DNA of 64,000 bases. It comes from a virus. The notes under the pieces are model-generated. The model saw nothing but the letters and a program-made list of their open reading frames with translations, was not told the origin of the DNA and searched no databases. Both the position numbers and the translations under genes were made by a program. Location of the stretch: the IMG/VR virus record IMGVR_UViG_3300045988_138996, positions 128,001-192,000 of that record; one strand, 5' to 3'. Positions 19,866 to 30,183 of this stretch are shown here, piece after piece. The stretch's first letter is position 1. Every line of letters starts with the position of its first letter.

Positions 19866-20488
19866 AATGGGTCGTAAAATATAAAGATAAAGTTAGAGAT
19901 TTGGCGTATTCAACATACGCCAATATCTTTAATAATTTATCAGATTTAACAGACAAAGTTGCCGCTATTAGCAACTTAAAGTTGTTTGATAAACTTGCGA
20001 GTATTGAAGAAATAAAACGTACTCAGTTATATGCCAATGCTATTAAATCGACAAATTTAAAACGTTGGATAACTGATACTGAAAAAGAATTGTTTACTAA
20101 TAAGATTGATAATCCAGTCATTTCTAATACTAAGTTAGATAATACCAACGAGATTCAATTATATTATAATTCTAATCAAGGCCGATTTTATATTAAAATT
20201 AATGATAAGTATCGACAACTTGGCGGCAATATAATTTCTTATACCGTTGGTAAGGGAACTTTTTCTGGCAACGGAGAAGAAACACGAATTCAACATAATA
20301 TTCATGATTCTCGAAACGTTGGCGTAACGCCTTCGTTCGTATCGATTAAACCTTTACATTCTAGTAATCAAGGTAGAGTCGGAGACATGTGGGTTAAAAA
20401 AGATAATAATTTTATTTATGTTGGTAATACTGGTTCTCAAGGAATAGAATTTCAATATATTATTTTTGCTCCGAAAGATTTGGGTTAA
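19862..20488 (+). CDS. Tail-fibre-like protein (member 2 of a tandem pair)
   Basis: 208 aa with an ATGA overlap. Motifs NLSDLTDKVAAISNLKL and WITDTEKELFTNKI. Same length and architecture as the 19221 product. Confidence 0.7.
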   Translation: MKWVVKYKDKVRDLAYSTYANIFNNLSDLTDKVAAISNLKLFDKLASIEEIKRTQLYANAIKSTNLKRWITDTEKELFTNKIDNPVISNTKLDNTNEIQLYYNSNQGRFYIKINDKYRQLGGNIISYTVGKGTFSGNGEETRIQHNIHDSRNVGVTPSFVSIKPLHSSNQGRVGDMWVKKDNNFIYVGNTGSQGIEFQYIIFAPKDLG

Positions 20489-20491
20489 TAT

Positions 20492-23400
20492 ATGAAGAAA
20501 AATAGAACTTTTAAACAAGGTAGAGGATCTGAACAACTCTTTAATCAAGAGATGTACGATATTTTTCTCGCTGTAAAAGATATCAATCCAGATATGACTG
20601 AGCAAGAAAAAGTATCGGGTTCAAAAGCTGTGCCTGATAATATAACTCATGGTGCTTTGTGGCGTAACGATAGAACTAATGAGTTAAAATATTACGACGG
20701 TGTAAAAAAAGCTTGGGTTAATATTTATGATAATAAATTCCAGCTTATTACACACCTTATGGAAGAAACGACTCCGGCTAATCCTATTAAAGGACAGTTG
20801 TGGATTTATAACGGTATCTTATTATACTTTGATGGTCGTGAATGGAAACCGATTAAATCAATTCAAGCTGACGATGCACAATTTAACGAAGCGGCTTTCG
20901 CCGATTTTGCATTAGTTAGCCCGTTACTTTCTGTTGGTAACGTAACAGTTCCGTCTTTAAGAAACGAAGATTCTAAACGTTATGAAAATGAATTAAAGAC
21001 TGGCTATCAGGCTTCTAAAGATAATTATTCTGAGAAGACGACAGAATTTGATACAGAGTGGGGAGATCCATTTACTGCACCAAAACATGACTTATTAGTC
21101 GATCCTAATCATCGTACTCAATACGTTATTCCTAATGTGAATAACGATAGAATATTTATTGAAAATAGTTTAGTCGATGATTATGAAAAAGTTAATACTG
21201 TTTGCTTCCAATATCCGACTGTAAAAGCTCAAGATAAAAATTTAAGTGCATTACATATCAATGCACAAAAATTATCTAATATTACTAAACGTTTATTTAA
21301 GATTAATAAAGATGATAGCAATACAAATGCTATTATCGATATCAATCCTAATAATACAGAATTTTACGGATTCAAAGCTGGCGAATACAAAGGTGATCAT
21401 TTATATCCATATAGAGAATCTTTTGAGACTGGCATAACAAATAGCACAGCTAATTCTTTAAATAATACGTCTGGTGTTCCTGAAGTCGATGCAATTAATG
21501 CACGACTTCATCCTGAAATTAATTATAATAAACCTGATAAACCGACTGTTGATAAACTTGGTAAAAAACAAGATGTATCGATGAAAGATGATCCAGATAA
21601 ACGATTTGGTGATTATGTAATTATGCATAAGCAAATCGCATTGAATTATCGTACCGTTCAAAATTATGATTATATCTTAGCTGTAACGTATGATTTTAAC
21701 TGGATTAATTATACGGGTTCTCTTAAAAAATTAAATAATGGTAACTTGTTCCAAGGTTTCCATATTCCTGATTTGCCAGAATCTATTAATCTATTCTTCG
21801 ATGGCTTAATGCTCGAAGAACAATTTTACGATGTCGATTTAAAAAATCAACTCGTTAAACTCGAAGATAAAGTTTATAAAGAAGACGAAGTACATATATT
21901 TAAAAACTTCGTAAAAGACTCTGGCTATATTGTCGAAACTAATCTTGACAATCAAGGCATTATTCAATTACATAAAGAATTCAAATCTCCGTTAGTGTTT
22001 GTAGCTGGTGAATTAATTCATCCGACATTCGGCGGATTAATTTATCGTGATAATAAAATCTTTGTGCCTCGTGCTAAAGTAAATATGCCATGGACAGTTA
22101 TCGAAACATATGTTCCTGGTGAAGATAATGCATATGCTGCTGGTACTGTTAATTTTGATAATAATATTGTTGCCGGTACTAATCGTGTATTGAATACTGA
22201 GAATGGCAAACCAAATATCGATGCGACAGCTATTTATAATACTGGTGATCAATCATTAATCGTTCAACAAGGTCAAATAGGTCATAGTGGAAATAATATG
22301 ATTTATTATGATCCTCGTGTAATTACGGATACCGACGAAGTAATTTTATTCTTAGATGGTATGTTAATTAATCCTAAGAATATTATCTGGAATAAAGATT
22401 ATCATTATTTAACATTAAAAGATGGTTTATTCCCTGGTCAAGAATATTTACTATTAAGAGATCCTGACGACAGATTATTCGATGGCGCTAGTGCTATGGA
22501 TACATATTATGTCGGAGCTCTTAGCGATAGTCTTGTATACCATAACGGCAAATTATTATGTAACCAACAACCATTAATTTCTCCAGTATCTCCTAAAGAT
22601 CGTCAACCAAGTACTGCCGATGGCGAAGTCGTATTATTTATGCCAGATAATTTAACTGATGCGGCAACGGTTCAAATTTATGATGATTATAAGAAGTTAT
22701 GGCGATTAGCAAACGAAAAAGAACTTAAAGATATCAAACGTATTGTTACGTCTTATGAAAATACCGTATCTTCTGTTAAGATGAATATTCCGGTATTACC
22801 TGAAGATTCTATTAATATCTTTGCATATAAGTTTGCTAGCGATACAGAAAATGCTATTAAGATTGGCGATTTTATGTTGGATTCTACTGATCCGACTAAT
22901 CGTACATATCATATGCAATACGATAAATATTTGCCACGCGTTAATTCTTTAACAGTTTTCCGTAACGGTGTTCGTCAAATACTCGATGTCGATTATGTAG
23001 AATCTGATGACGGTACGACAATTACGTTCTTATGTCCGGCTAATGATATTAAGATAGGTGAAAAGATTCATTATACTATCGAACAGTTAGAAGTTGGCGC
23101 TTCTAAAGTAATGGATGTTATTACGTTAGATAATACAAATTCAATCGGTACGAATGTATACGAAATTCCTACACAAACAGAATTATATTTGTATCCTGGT
23201 CGATTAGTTGTATATCGTAACGGTGTTCGTTTACCAAAAGATGATTGGACATTAATCGGTAATAAGACAATTCAGATTATTAAATCTGATCGTCCTTATA
23301 TCGGTACGACAGCAAGTAACTATCCTAACGAATCTTTCTATAAACGTGAAACAGATTCTTCGTATACTGTACATCATAATTATCCAGATCGAATTACGAT

Positions 23401-23770
23401 CGAGATTCGTCAAGACTATAAACGTAAAGAAGAAACGTTTAAAATGAAATATAATCGTATTCCAGAATTTCCGATTAATGATTATGATATCGATCCTCAA
23501 GTTCTCGAAACAAAAGACGAAGTTTTATTTTATATCAACGGTCTGTTTACAGGATTAAGTCGTAATATAGTAAATGGATACGTTTTAAATAAATATAAAA
23601 GTTGTATTACGTTTAATGATCGAAAAGTTGCAGCATTGCTTGCTAACGATCCTTTATATATAGACTTGTATGAAAATCCTGATAAAATGGAAGCTTGGAA
23701 AAAACGTACAGGTAAATCTGAATATACAACGAGTATAAAACATTATATCACTTATGATTATCGTGTTTAG
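20492..23770 (+). CDS. Large tail fibre/baseplate structural protein (1092 aa) with repeated beta modules
   Basis: N-terminal GALWRNDRTNELKYYDGVKKAWVNI and PIKGQLWIYNGILLYFDGREWKPI motifs. At least five internal h-x-h-F/Y-x-N/D-G modules, e.g. LTVFRNGVRQILDVDY, LVVYRNGVRLPKDDW, ILFLDGMLINPKN. Confidence 0.7.
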   Translation: MKKNRTFKQGRGSEQLFNQEMYDIFLAVKDINPDMTEQEKVSGSKAVPDNITHGALWRNDRTNELKYYDGVKKAWVNIYDNKFQLITHLMEETTPANPIKGQLWIYNGILLYFDGREWKPIKSIQADDAQFNEAAFADFALVSPLLSVGNVTVPSLRNEDSKRYENELKTGYQASKDNYSEKTTEFDTEWGDPFTAPKHDLLVDPNHRTQYVIPNVNNDRIFIENSLVDDYEKVNTVCFQYPTVKAQDKNLSALHINAQKLSNITKRLFKINKDDSNTNAIIDINPNNTEFYGFKAGEYKGDHLYPYRESFETGITNSTANSLNNTSGVPEVDAINARLHPEINYNKPDKPTVDKLGKKQDVSMKDDPDKRFGDYVIMHKQIALNYRTVQNYDYILAVTYDFNWINYTGSLKKLNNGNLFQGFHIPDLPESINLFFDGLMLEEQFYDVDLKNQLVKLEDKVYKEDEVHIFKNFVKDSGYIVETNLDNQGIIQLHKEFKSPLVFVAGELIHPTFGGLIYRDNKIFVPRAKVNMPWTVIETYVPGEDNAYAAGTVNFDNNIVAGTNRVLNTENGKPNIDATAIYNTGDQSLIVQQGQIGHSGNNMIYYDPRVITDTDEVILFLDGMLINPKNIIWNKDYHYLTLKDGLFPGQEYLLLRDPDDRLFDGASAMDTYYVGALSDSLVYHNGKLLCNQQPLISPVSPKDRQPSTADGEVVLFMPDNLTDAATVQIYDDYKKLWRLANEKELKDIKRIVTSYENTVSSVKMNIPVLPEDSINIFAYKFASDTENAIKIGDFMLDSTDPTNRTYHMQYDKYLPRVNSLTVFRNGVRQILDVDYVESDDGTTITFLCPANDIKIGEKIHYTIEQLEVGASKVMDVITLDNTNSIGTNVYEIPTQTELYLYPGRLVVYRNGVRLPKDDWTLIGNKTIQIIKSDRPYIGTTASNYPNESFYKRETDSSYTVHHNYPDRITIEIRQDYKRKEETFKMKYNRIPEFPINDYDIDPQVLETKDEVLFYINGLFTGLSRNIVNGYVLNKYKSCITFNDRKVAALLANDPLYIDLYENPDKMEAWKKRTGKSEYTTSIKHYITYDYRV

Positions 23771-23779
23771 GAGAACATA

Positions 23780-25837
23780 ATGGCACAAGATTTAACTAAA
23801 GTTACAATAAATCAGATCGATATGGATGCTGTGACCGAGACAGTCATCGCAAAAGGTAATCTGGTTTATCGTACAGATCATAGTGATACTAAAGCAGAAG
23901 ATGTAGATAAAGTCGGCAGTATTCCTGCCGACCACATCGCTGTAAGTATTGACGGTGATCGAGAAACTGTAAATAATGCTCTTAAGTTAGGCGGTAAACC
24001 TGCAGCTGATTATATGACAGTTACGAAAGGTAATAGCTTAACGACAAGAACTGAAAATATTAAGAAAAAATTTGGCGACGATATTTTAGCTCTTCGTGAT
24101 GAATTGTATCAGCTTCGTGGTCAACTTGCCAAAAATGGTTACGTAAAAGACATCGGTTATTACGATGGTTATTACGATTGTTTCCATAATTTTAATCAAG
24201 TACATTTAAATAAAGAATTAGCTAATACTAAAAATACTGTACAAACAGATCGTAAGTCTTTGATCTTCCCGGCTAATACTGATATGGATCAATTCTCTCA
24301 GTATGATTTTATTGCGATTGTTAATAGTGTTACAGGATTGCAATGCGTACGTCAAGTCGCAGCTGTCGATAAAGCTAATTTTAAATTAACGTTAGATCGT
24401 AATATTGCTAATAGCGTTATCCTTCAAAATGCAGAATACTATCAAGTATTTAAATCCTATGGTGCTGTATTTAATGGTGATTTTTTGTTCGCTCGACCAT
24501 TAGAAACAGTAATGGGTGATGAAGAATATGCATCTGGTGAAACTGACGATACGAACCGTGAATTTGTTAAAATGATGAAACCTGGATTTGGTTATGCTAC
24601 AACTCTTAAGTTTAGTGAAGGTAAAGCTGGCTTCTTAAAAACTGTAGAATTGTGTATTAAAGCATATGGTAATCCTGGTCCTATTAATTGTTATTTAATC
24701 GATGCTCGAGATGTCGATTTATTCAAGAATGGTCAGCAAGCGGAAGCTGTCTATAAATCTTCTCAAGCTAATAACGACGATAAATTTAAATTCTTTGCTA
24801 AGACTCAACCTAAAGCAGTCAGTGCTACAGTCGAACGTCAATACGTAAAATTTAGTTTCCAACAAGATGGTAAATATCCTATCATCCCAGATAATTACTA
24901 TCAAGATCCTACACGTTATTGTTTGATTGTAGAATTCATGGAAGTTAATACAGAAAATTATTATGAAATCGAATTAATTAATCATAATAAAAACGATCTT
25001 CAGTTAAATAATATTTTCTATAACTACGAACGCAAATCTGACGTAGCCGTAGCTCATGCTCTAACAGAAAGTGACGAAACTAAGAAATCTGATTTATATT
25101 TCTTATTTAGAACACAACAAAAATTAATGAATCAACCAAGTCCTGTTAACGAAGGTTTATATTCTGCTCATATATACAATCGTCGACTTCAACATGCTTC
25201 TAAAGCTAGAGTCGAATTAAGAATTAAACGTGAAGGTTTATACGAAGCAAGTACATTAAGCTCTCCGTCATTATTTACGACCGATGCTGTAAACTTGAAA
25301 CGAAATGCAAAAAATGTTACAATTAATTCAGTGCATGAGTTAAGTCTTAAGACTGAAATTAACAAACCGATGGAACTTCGTCGTGGCGATCAAACAGATA
25401 TTTCTATGCCAGTCGATGTTGTTATCGGTGAAAACATTTCTAAGGTTAAAGGCTTTAATAATGAAGACGTAACATTTACAACTCCGGTTCTTGTAAATAA
25501 TAACGATCCGATTTATCGTATCGGTTATGTCGTAGCTATTAAAGCAAGAGAATATAAGTTTAAAGATGGTATTATTACCAAAGGTCAATTTAAACGTTTT
25601 ATTCTTCCATTAACAGAAGTCGTTAAAGATGTCCACTCTTATGCCGACGGTGTAAGCGATCGACTTATCTTTGAAGCTCCTTTATATGAAGAAGGTCAAA
25701 GCATAGTCGATTATAACGATTTCGAAGTACAAGTATACTGGGAAAATCCTGAATTAAGTAATAGTGATGTTACTAAACAAGAACAAATGGGCGCTCTTAA
25801 AGAGATTACAGTAAGCTTTGCTTCTGATTTCGAATAA
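23780..25837 (+). CDS. Virion structural protein with a fibre-type N-terminus; last gene before a terminator
   Basis: 685 aa, with an AGGAG RBS upstream. The N-terminal motif NNALKLGGKPAADYMT is followed by a short coiled coil (ILALRDELYQLRGQLAKNGY). A strong terminator lies downstream. Confidence 0.65.
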   Translation: MAQDLTKVTINQIDMDAVTETVIAKGNLVYRTDHSDTKAEDVDKVGSIPADHIAVSIDGDRETVNNALKLGGKPAADYMTVTKGNSLTTRTENIKKKFGDDILALRDELYQLRGQLAKNGYVKDIGYYDGYYDCFHNFNQVHLNKELANTKNTVQTDRKSLIFPANTDMDQFSQYDFIAIVNSVTGLQCVRQVAAVDKANFKLTLDRNIANSVILQNAEYYQVFKSYGAVFNGDFLFARPLETVMGDEEYASGETDDTNREFVKMMKPGFGYATTLKFSEGKAGFLKTVELCIKAYGNPGPINCYLIDARDVDLFKNGQQAEAVYKSSQANNDDKFKFFAKTQPKAVSATVERQYVKFSFQQDGKYPIIPDNYYQDPTRYCLIVEFMEVNTENYYEIELINHNKNDLQLNNIFYNYERKSDVAVAHALTESDETKKSDLYFLFRTQQKLMNQPSPVNEGLYSAHIYNRRLQHASKARVELRIKREGLYEASTLSSPSLFTTDAVNLKRNAKNVTINSVHELSLKTEINKPMELRRGDQTDISMPVDVVIGENISKVKGFNNEDVTFTTPVLVNNNDPIYRIGYVVAIKAREYKFKDGIITKGQFKRFILPLTEVVKDVHSYADGVSDRLIFEAPLYEEGQSIVDYNDFEVQVYWENPELSNSDVTKQEQMGALKEITVSFASDFE

Positions 25838-25850
25838 TTTAATAATATAT

Positions 25851-25877
25851 GCCGGGGGCTATGCCCTCGGCTTTTTT
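25851..25877 (+). terminator. Rho-independent terminator
   Basis: GCCGGGGGC-TAT-GCCCTCGGC forms a 9-bp GC-rich stem with one G.U pair. It is followed by TTTTTTG and lies 14 nt after the stop at 25837. Confidence 0.8.
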
Positions 25878-25895
25878 GCTGTCTAAGGAAATATA

Positions 25896-26762
25896 ATGAT
25901 CGTAGATAACAAAGATTTTCAAGAACAATTAAATATATTAAAAGAAGGTATCGATATTCCACAACTCGATCCTTCGAAGATTATGGATTCAGAAGAATTT
26001 AATACATTTTTTAATGGCGTCGAAATAGCATTAAATAATATCACTCAAAATATTAGAGTATTAGAAGACGCTAACGATTATTTAGTAAAATATGTTAACG
26101 ATACTATAGATAAGAAATATAAAGATATTAATGATAAGTTATTAAACTTAGAAAAGAATTATTCGTTATATCAAGATAAAAATTTTATTACATATAATGT
26201 AGAACTAGATTCTAGTAAAGATATATTAGATCGAACTGGCAATGCAATTAGTACTGTCGATTATGTTACGATGCAATCTGGCACAATCGATTTATTTAAA
26301 AATATCTCGGCGGTCGAACCATATTCTGTTGATATTGATAAAGAACATGGGTCTGCCGTTATTTGTTTTTCTAAAAATGCAATTACGCAAAACAATACAA
26401 AAGTCGGTACATTTATTATTAAATTATTAGAACCGATTACTCTTAATATCGTAACATGCGATTTAATAAATTGTGTCGGTAGTTTTACGATTAATAACTC
26501 GATTCAAGAATATCAGTTTAATTCATATTTTAAACCACAAGAAGTTTCGTTAATAGTCGTTACGTTAAAATCTGGAAACCCTTCGACTGAATTTAAATCT
26601 GTAAGAGTTAATCATTCGAAAGGATTTATGGATAATGATTTTTACGGAGATTTTTCGATTAGTCAAAATTCTGAAAAAGCAAAAGAACAGCAAATGGCTG
26701 AAATTTATTACAAAAACGATGTTACGAAATATTTAGGAGAAAACGATGGCCGAAGAAACTAA
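25896..26762 (+). CDS. Structural protein candidate: N-terminal coiled coil plus beta-rich C-terminal domain
   Basis: 288 aa, with an AAGGA RBS. Heptad-like N-terminus (ALNNITQNIRVLEDANDYLVKYVNDTIDKKYKDINDKLLNLEK). Confidence 0.6.
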   Translation: MIVDNKDFQEQLNILKEGIDIPQLDPSKIMDSEEFNTFFNGVEIALNNITQNIRVLEDANDYLVKYVNDTIDKKYKDINDKLLNLEKNYSLYQDKNFITYNVELDSSKDILDRTGNAISTVDYVTMQSGTIDLFKNISAVEPYSVDIDKEHGSAVICFSKNAITQNNTKVGTFIIKLLEPITLNIVTCDLINCVGSFTINNSIQEYQFNSYFKPQEVSLIVVTLKSGNPSTEFKSVRVNHSKGFMDNDFYGDFSISQNSEKAKEQQMAEIYYKNDVTKYLGENDGRRN

Positions 26763-27453
26763 GATTAGTCAAAAACTTACCGTTAAAGATATCGGTATTG
26801 TTTTAGACGATAAAGATACAATTAGTACTATTAGCCATCCGATTCCAGCTCGTAAAGCTAATCAATCTGATATTATTAATACACAAATTACGAATTATAA
26901 ATTTGGTATCAATAATTTAAATTTGAAATACGATAATGCTACACTAACATCTGGCACAATATCTAAGTTAATTCAAATAGGTAAATGTGATTATGTTACA
27001 TTAAATACATCGTTACATCAACAACGTAAAGAAGATTATTATGGCGTTGAATTTTCTATTATTGATAATAATAAAGAAAAGCCTATTATCCCATATAATC
27101 AATCACAAGTGATATATGAAAAATTATATTTAAAACTACCGTTACGTTTTCAAGCTAATAAAACAACTCCTATTATTGTTAACGAAGTAACGAAAGATGG
27201 TATAGTATTATATAATACATATAATACGTTATCAGATTTTGAAAATGATCGTAATGTAATCGATAATCAGATTGCTAGTAATAAAAAAGAATTAGTTGTA
27301 TCTTATGTACCGATTAAAGGAAAACGCATTGCAGTCGATAGCGATAAGATTTATTTGAAGATTATTAAACATGTATATGTCGGTAATATGCCTGTGAAGA
27401 TTGAAAATATTATTATTAATGCTCATGGAGGAAAACTCGAATGGAAGATTTAA
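26746..27453 (+). CDS. Hypothetical (structural?) protein
   Basis: 235-aa ORF with a 17-nt overlap on the upstream gene. No motif recognised. Confidence 0.6.
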   Translation: MAEETKISQKLTVKDIGIVLDDKDTISTISHPIPARKANQSDIINTQITNYKFGINNLNLKYDNATLTSGTISKLIQIGKCDYVTLNTSLHQQRKEDYYGVEFSIIDNNKEKPIIPYNQSQVIYEKLYLKLPLRFQANKTTPIIVNEVTKDGIVLYNTYNTLSDFENDRNVIDNQIASNKKELVVSYVPIKGKRIAVDSDKIYLKIIKHVYVGNMPVKIENIIINAHGGKLEWKI

Positions 27454-28820
27454 AAAATACGACTGTCCGACAAGCCTATCTTCAAGCATTAGCCGACGAT
27501 AAAAAATTTGATGTATATAAAAAGAAATCGTTATTAAGTCCGAATCAACCATTATTCGAACCTCATTATATTAATGACGAAGAAGAAATATCTTACGATA
27601 ACGTTAACCAGAACGTTCTTGAAACGTCGTTCGATATTTTAAATCTTAGTATGAATGTCATCGATAACGTAAGCGAAATTGAAAATTTAATGTACGATGT
27701 CGATGAGCGTATTAAAAGTATCGACGAAAAGATTCAGGCCGAAGAAGAACGTGTTAAAGACGTTAATATGATTTGCGGAAATATAACAGACTTCAATACG
27801 ATCATCCCGTTAACAGTTAATAACTTTTCAATTAAATCTACATTATATCAATATCGTAATTGTATAACAGCTTCTCAAGTTAATGAGAAAAAAGCTACTT
27901 TACGCTTAATTAATATTAATGGTAATGGTTTTGTCGGTAACGATTATATCGTATCTAAACAATCTGATTTAGTTATGCAAAAAGATTTAATGGATATGTC
28001 TAACGAATCGTATATGTATGATACAATCGGCAATTTATTTTGGGAATATAGCCGATTGTTTAGTTATGATTCTGTTAATAAATCTGATATTGTAAATATC
28101 GATGATTTGCCAGTTCAAGTTCAACTTACATTTCAGTCAATATCTAATGATGGCGTAAATGAAATCGTATTCTCTGATACAAGTGAAGTTCATATTACGG
28201 CTATCGAAATATCTGACGATAACGTAAATTGGCATACGACGTTCGAAGGCGATATCATTCCGAATAAGCAAGATAATAGTTACTCTGATTTTACATATAT
28301 ATATGGTACTGGTGCTTTAGTATTTCCGACAACACAATTCGTAAGACTATCGATGTATAGCCATAAGATTGACGATAATAAAATTAAGATTAATAATACG
28401 ATTAATCCTAATATTTCTCGTAAAGTTATTCGTATCACGTCGGTCGAAGGTCGTCGAACAGAATTTAACAACGGAACTGGATTGACTCCAAACTTAATCG
28501 AATCTGGTCGTGCGATTGCTGTCGGTATATTCTGTAATGAATATGTTCCGGATTTTATTAGGAATAATTTACGAAACGAAGTTACGTATACATTAATTAT
28601 TAATGGTAAACAATATAATGTCGTTCCTATTAATAGTAATCGACGCGGAATTAAATTTATTAAATATTCGAAGACATCATTAAAAGAAAATTATGTCGAA
28701 TATATTAATGAGCCAATTTCAAGTATTCAAATTGGTTTAACAATTCCGACAACATATAATTATTCTCCATATTTAGCTAATTTTAAATTGTGTTTAGGAA
28801 AGCAGGTGTCTAATGTATAA
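27441..28820 (+). CDS. Structural protein candidate: N-terminal coiled coil plus beta-rich C-terminal domain
   Basis: 459 aa. Coiled-coil segment NVSEIENLMYDVDERIKSIDEKIQAEEERVKDVN, followed by beta-type sequence. Confidence 0.6.
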   Translation: MEDLKNTTVRQAYLQALADDKKFDVYKKKSLLSPNQPLFEPHYINDEEEISYDNVNQNVLETSFDILNLSMNVIDNVSEIENLMYDVDERIKSIDEKIQAEEERVKDVNMICGNITDFNTIIPLTVNNFSIKSTLYQYRNCITASQVNEKKATLRLININGNGFVGNDYIVSKQSDLVMQKDLMDMSNESYMYDTIGNLFWEYSRLFSYDSVNKSDIVNIDDLPVQVQLTFQSISNDGVNEIVFSDTSEVHITAIEISDDNVNWHTTFEGDIIPNKQDNSYSDFTYIYGTGALVFPTTQFVRLSMYSHKIDDNKIKINNTINPNISRKVIRITSVEGRRTEFNNGTGLTPNLIESGRAIAVGIFCNEYVPDFIRNNLRNEVTYTLIINGKQYNVVPINSNRRGIKFIKYSKTSLKENYVEYINEPISSIQIGLTIPTTYNYSPYLANFKLCLGKQVSNV

Positions 28821-29985
28821 AGATCAAGTTTATAAGTTAGAATATTATAAACAAAAATTGATTAGTCAATCACTTTCTCTCGGTGAGTTTTTAAATGAAA
28901 GCTCATTAGATTCTGCGCTCGAAGATTACGAAACACAATTTGCTTTATTTAAACATCGATATATTCAAAAAGGATCGAAACTCGACGTAAAAGATTTTAA
29001 TAATGAATTAGCTATTCTCTATCAAGATCTATTAATTTTATATCAAGTTATGTATGATATAACGATTAAGAGATTTAATAAAACTAAAGAATTAGTATCG
29101 ATTAAATTAAATGATTTAGAACGAATAGCCGATCAATATTATAGTCGTTGTAAGCTCGAAACGATTGCTATATTTGGTGATACGTTAGTATATCAAGCTG
29201 ATAATTTTGACATAACGAATAAAAATGGGAAAAGTTATATTAAGTTACCTAGTTTTACGACGTATGAAGGCGCTACGTTAGCATTTTTAGCAAGTGTCGA
29301 TAACTTAGACAATGCTAACGTTATTTTAGAATTAAATCCTAGTCAGAATATTCAGAATTATGAATCGAATGAAAATTTATTTGTCGTTCCTGGCGAACCA
29401 GAAATTACGACTAAATTTTTTGAATTAGATTCTAGCAACAAATATAACGGCAGTTTTATACTTGAACACAATCCAGATAATGCTTATCAAAGTCAATATT
29501 TTATTTATAGTGGTAAAGATATGATTAATATTGACGGACGCTATATTAGTATTAGTGAGTATAATAAAACTGATTTTAGTACAGAATATAATATCGAGTT
29601 ATATATTTATAATGCAACACAGGCCGATTTTAATTTCTCGTTAGAACCATTACGATCTAATATTGATAATCATTATGTTACGATTAAAGATCGAGTTCAA
29701 AAGTTTACGTTTAAAATGGCACCGTATTCTCATTTATCAGTTAATACTAATGGTATTGTATTTTGTGCTGTCGACAAATGTCGAGTAAAGGATAATCGAT
29801 TATACTCTAGAACGTTTTATAATAATGTATATAGTTATATGTTAGAAACAGTTAGTTATAATAAAGAAGTAATATATACTAATCCAGTAGCTGTTATCGA
29901 TAATCCAATAAATAAAGAAATCAAAATTAAATCGTTAGCTGTTAAACAAAATAGGTATAGTGATTATGATCAAGTACAATATTAG
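28813..29985 (+). CDS. Structural protein candidate: N-terminal helical region plus beta-rich C-terminal domain
   Basis: 390 aa with an 8-nt overlap on the upstream gene. The first ~110 aa look helical. Confidence 0.6.
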   Translation: MYKDQVYKLEYYKQKLISQSLSLGEFLNESSLDSALEDYETQFALFKHRYIQKGSKLDVKDFNNELAILYQDLLILYQVMYDITIKRFNKTKELVSIKLNDLERIADQYYSRCKLETIAIFGDTLVYQADNFDITNKNGKSYIKLPSFTTYEGATLAFLASVDNLDNANVILELNPSQNIQNYESNENLFVVPGEPEITTKFFELDSSNKYNGSFILEHNPDNAYQSQYFIYSGKDMINIDGRYISISEYNKTDFSTEYNIELYIYNATQADFNFSLEPLRSNIDNHYVTIKDRVQKFTFKMAPYSHLSVNTNGIVFCAVDKCRVKDNRLYSRTFYNNVYSYMLETVSYNKEVIYTNPVAVIDNPINKEIKIKSLAVKQNRYSDYDQVQY

Positions 29986-30175
29986 AAATAACGGGCCGTG
30001 GGAATACGATAAATTTGTTCTAAATTATTATAATCTTCACAATGAAATTATGCTTAATAAAATTAAGTTAAATATTGAAGAATCTAGAAATAAACAGATC
30101 GACGATATTTATAATCGTACGTTAGAACAAAATCAAACGGCTAAGTTGTATCGTAAAATAAATTATACAGTCTGA
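29960..30175 (+). CDS. Small hypothetical protein
   Basis: 71-aa ORF (GTG at 29960 or ATG at 29966) that fills the only gap between 29985 and 30184. No strong RBS is visible. Confidence 0.45.
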   Translation: MIMIKYNIRNNGPWEYDKFVLNYYNLHNEIMLNKIKLNIEESRNKQIDDIYNRTLEQNQTAKLYRKINYTV

Positions 30176-30183
30176 GGTTATTA

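Noticed and set aside
23780-25837. Major capsid protein call for the 685-aa gene that precedes a strong terminator
   Set aside because: The N-terminus carries a fibre-type motif (ALKLGGKPAADY) plus a coiled coil. I recognise no HK97-like features, and the size is atypical for a capsid protein. It is left as a structural protein of unknown role.
29960-30175. Programmed frameshift (chaperone-like) between the 28813 ORF and the overlapping 71-aa ORF
   Set aside because: There is no slippery heptamer in the 26-nt overlap (GTGATTATGATCAAGTACAATATTAG), and the genomic context is not a tube/tape-measure region.
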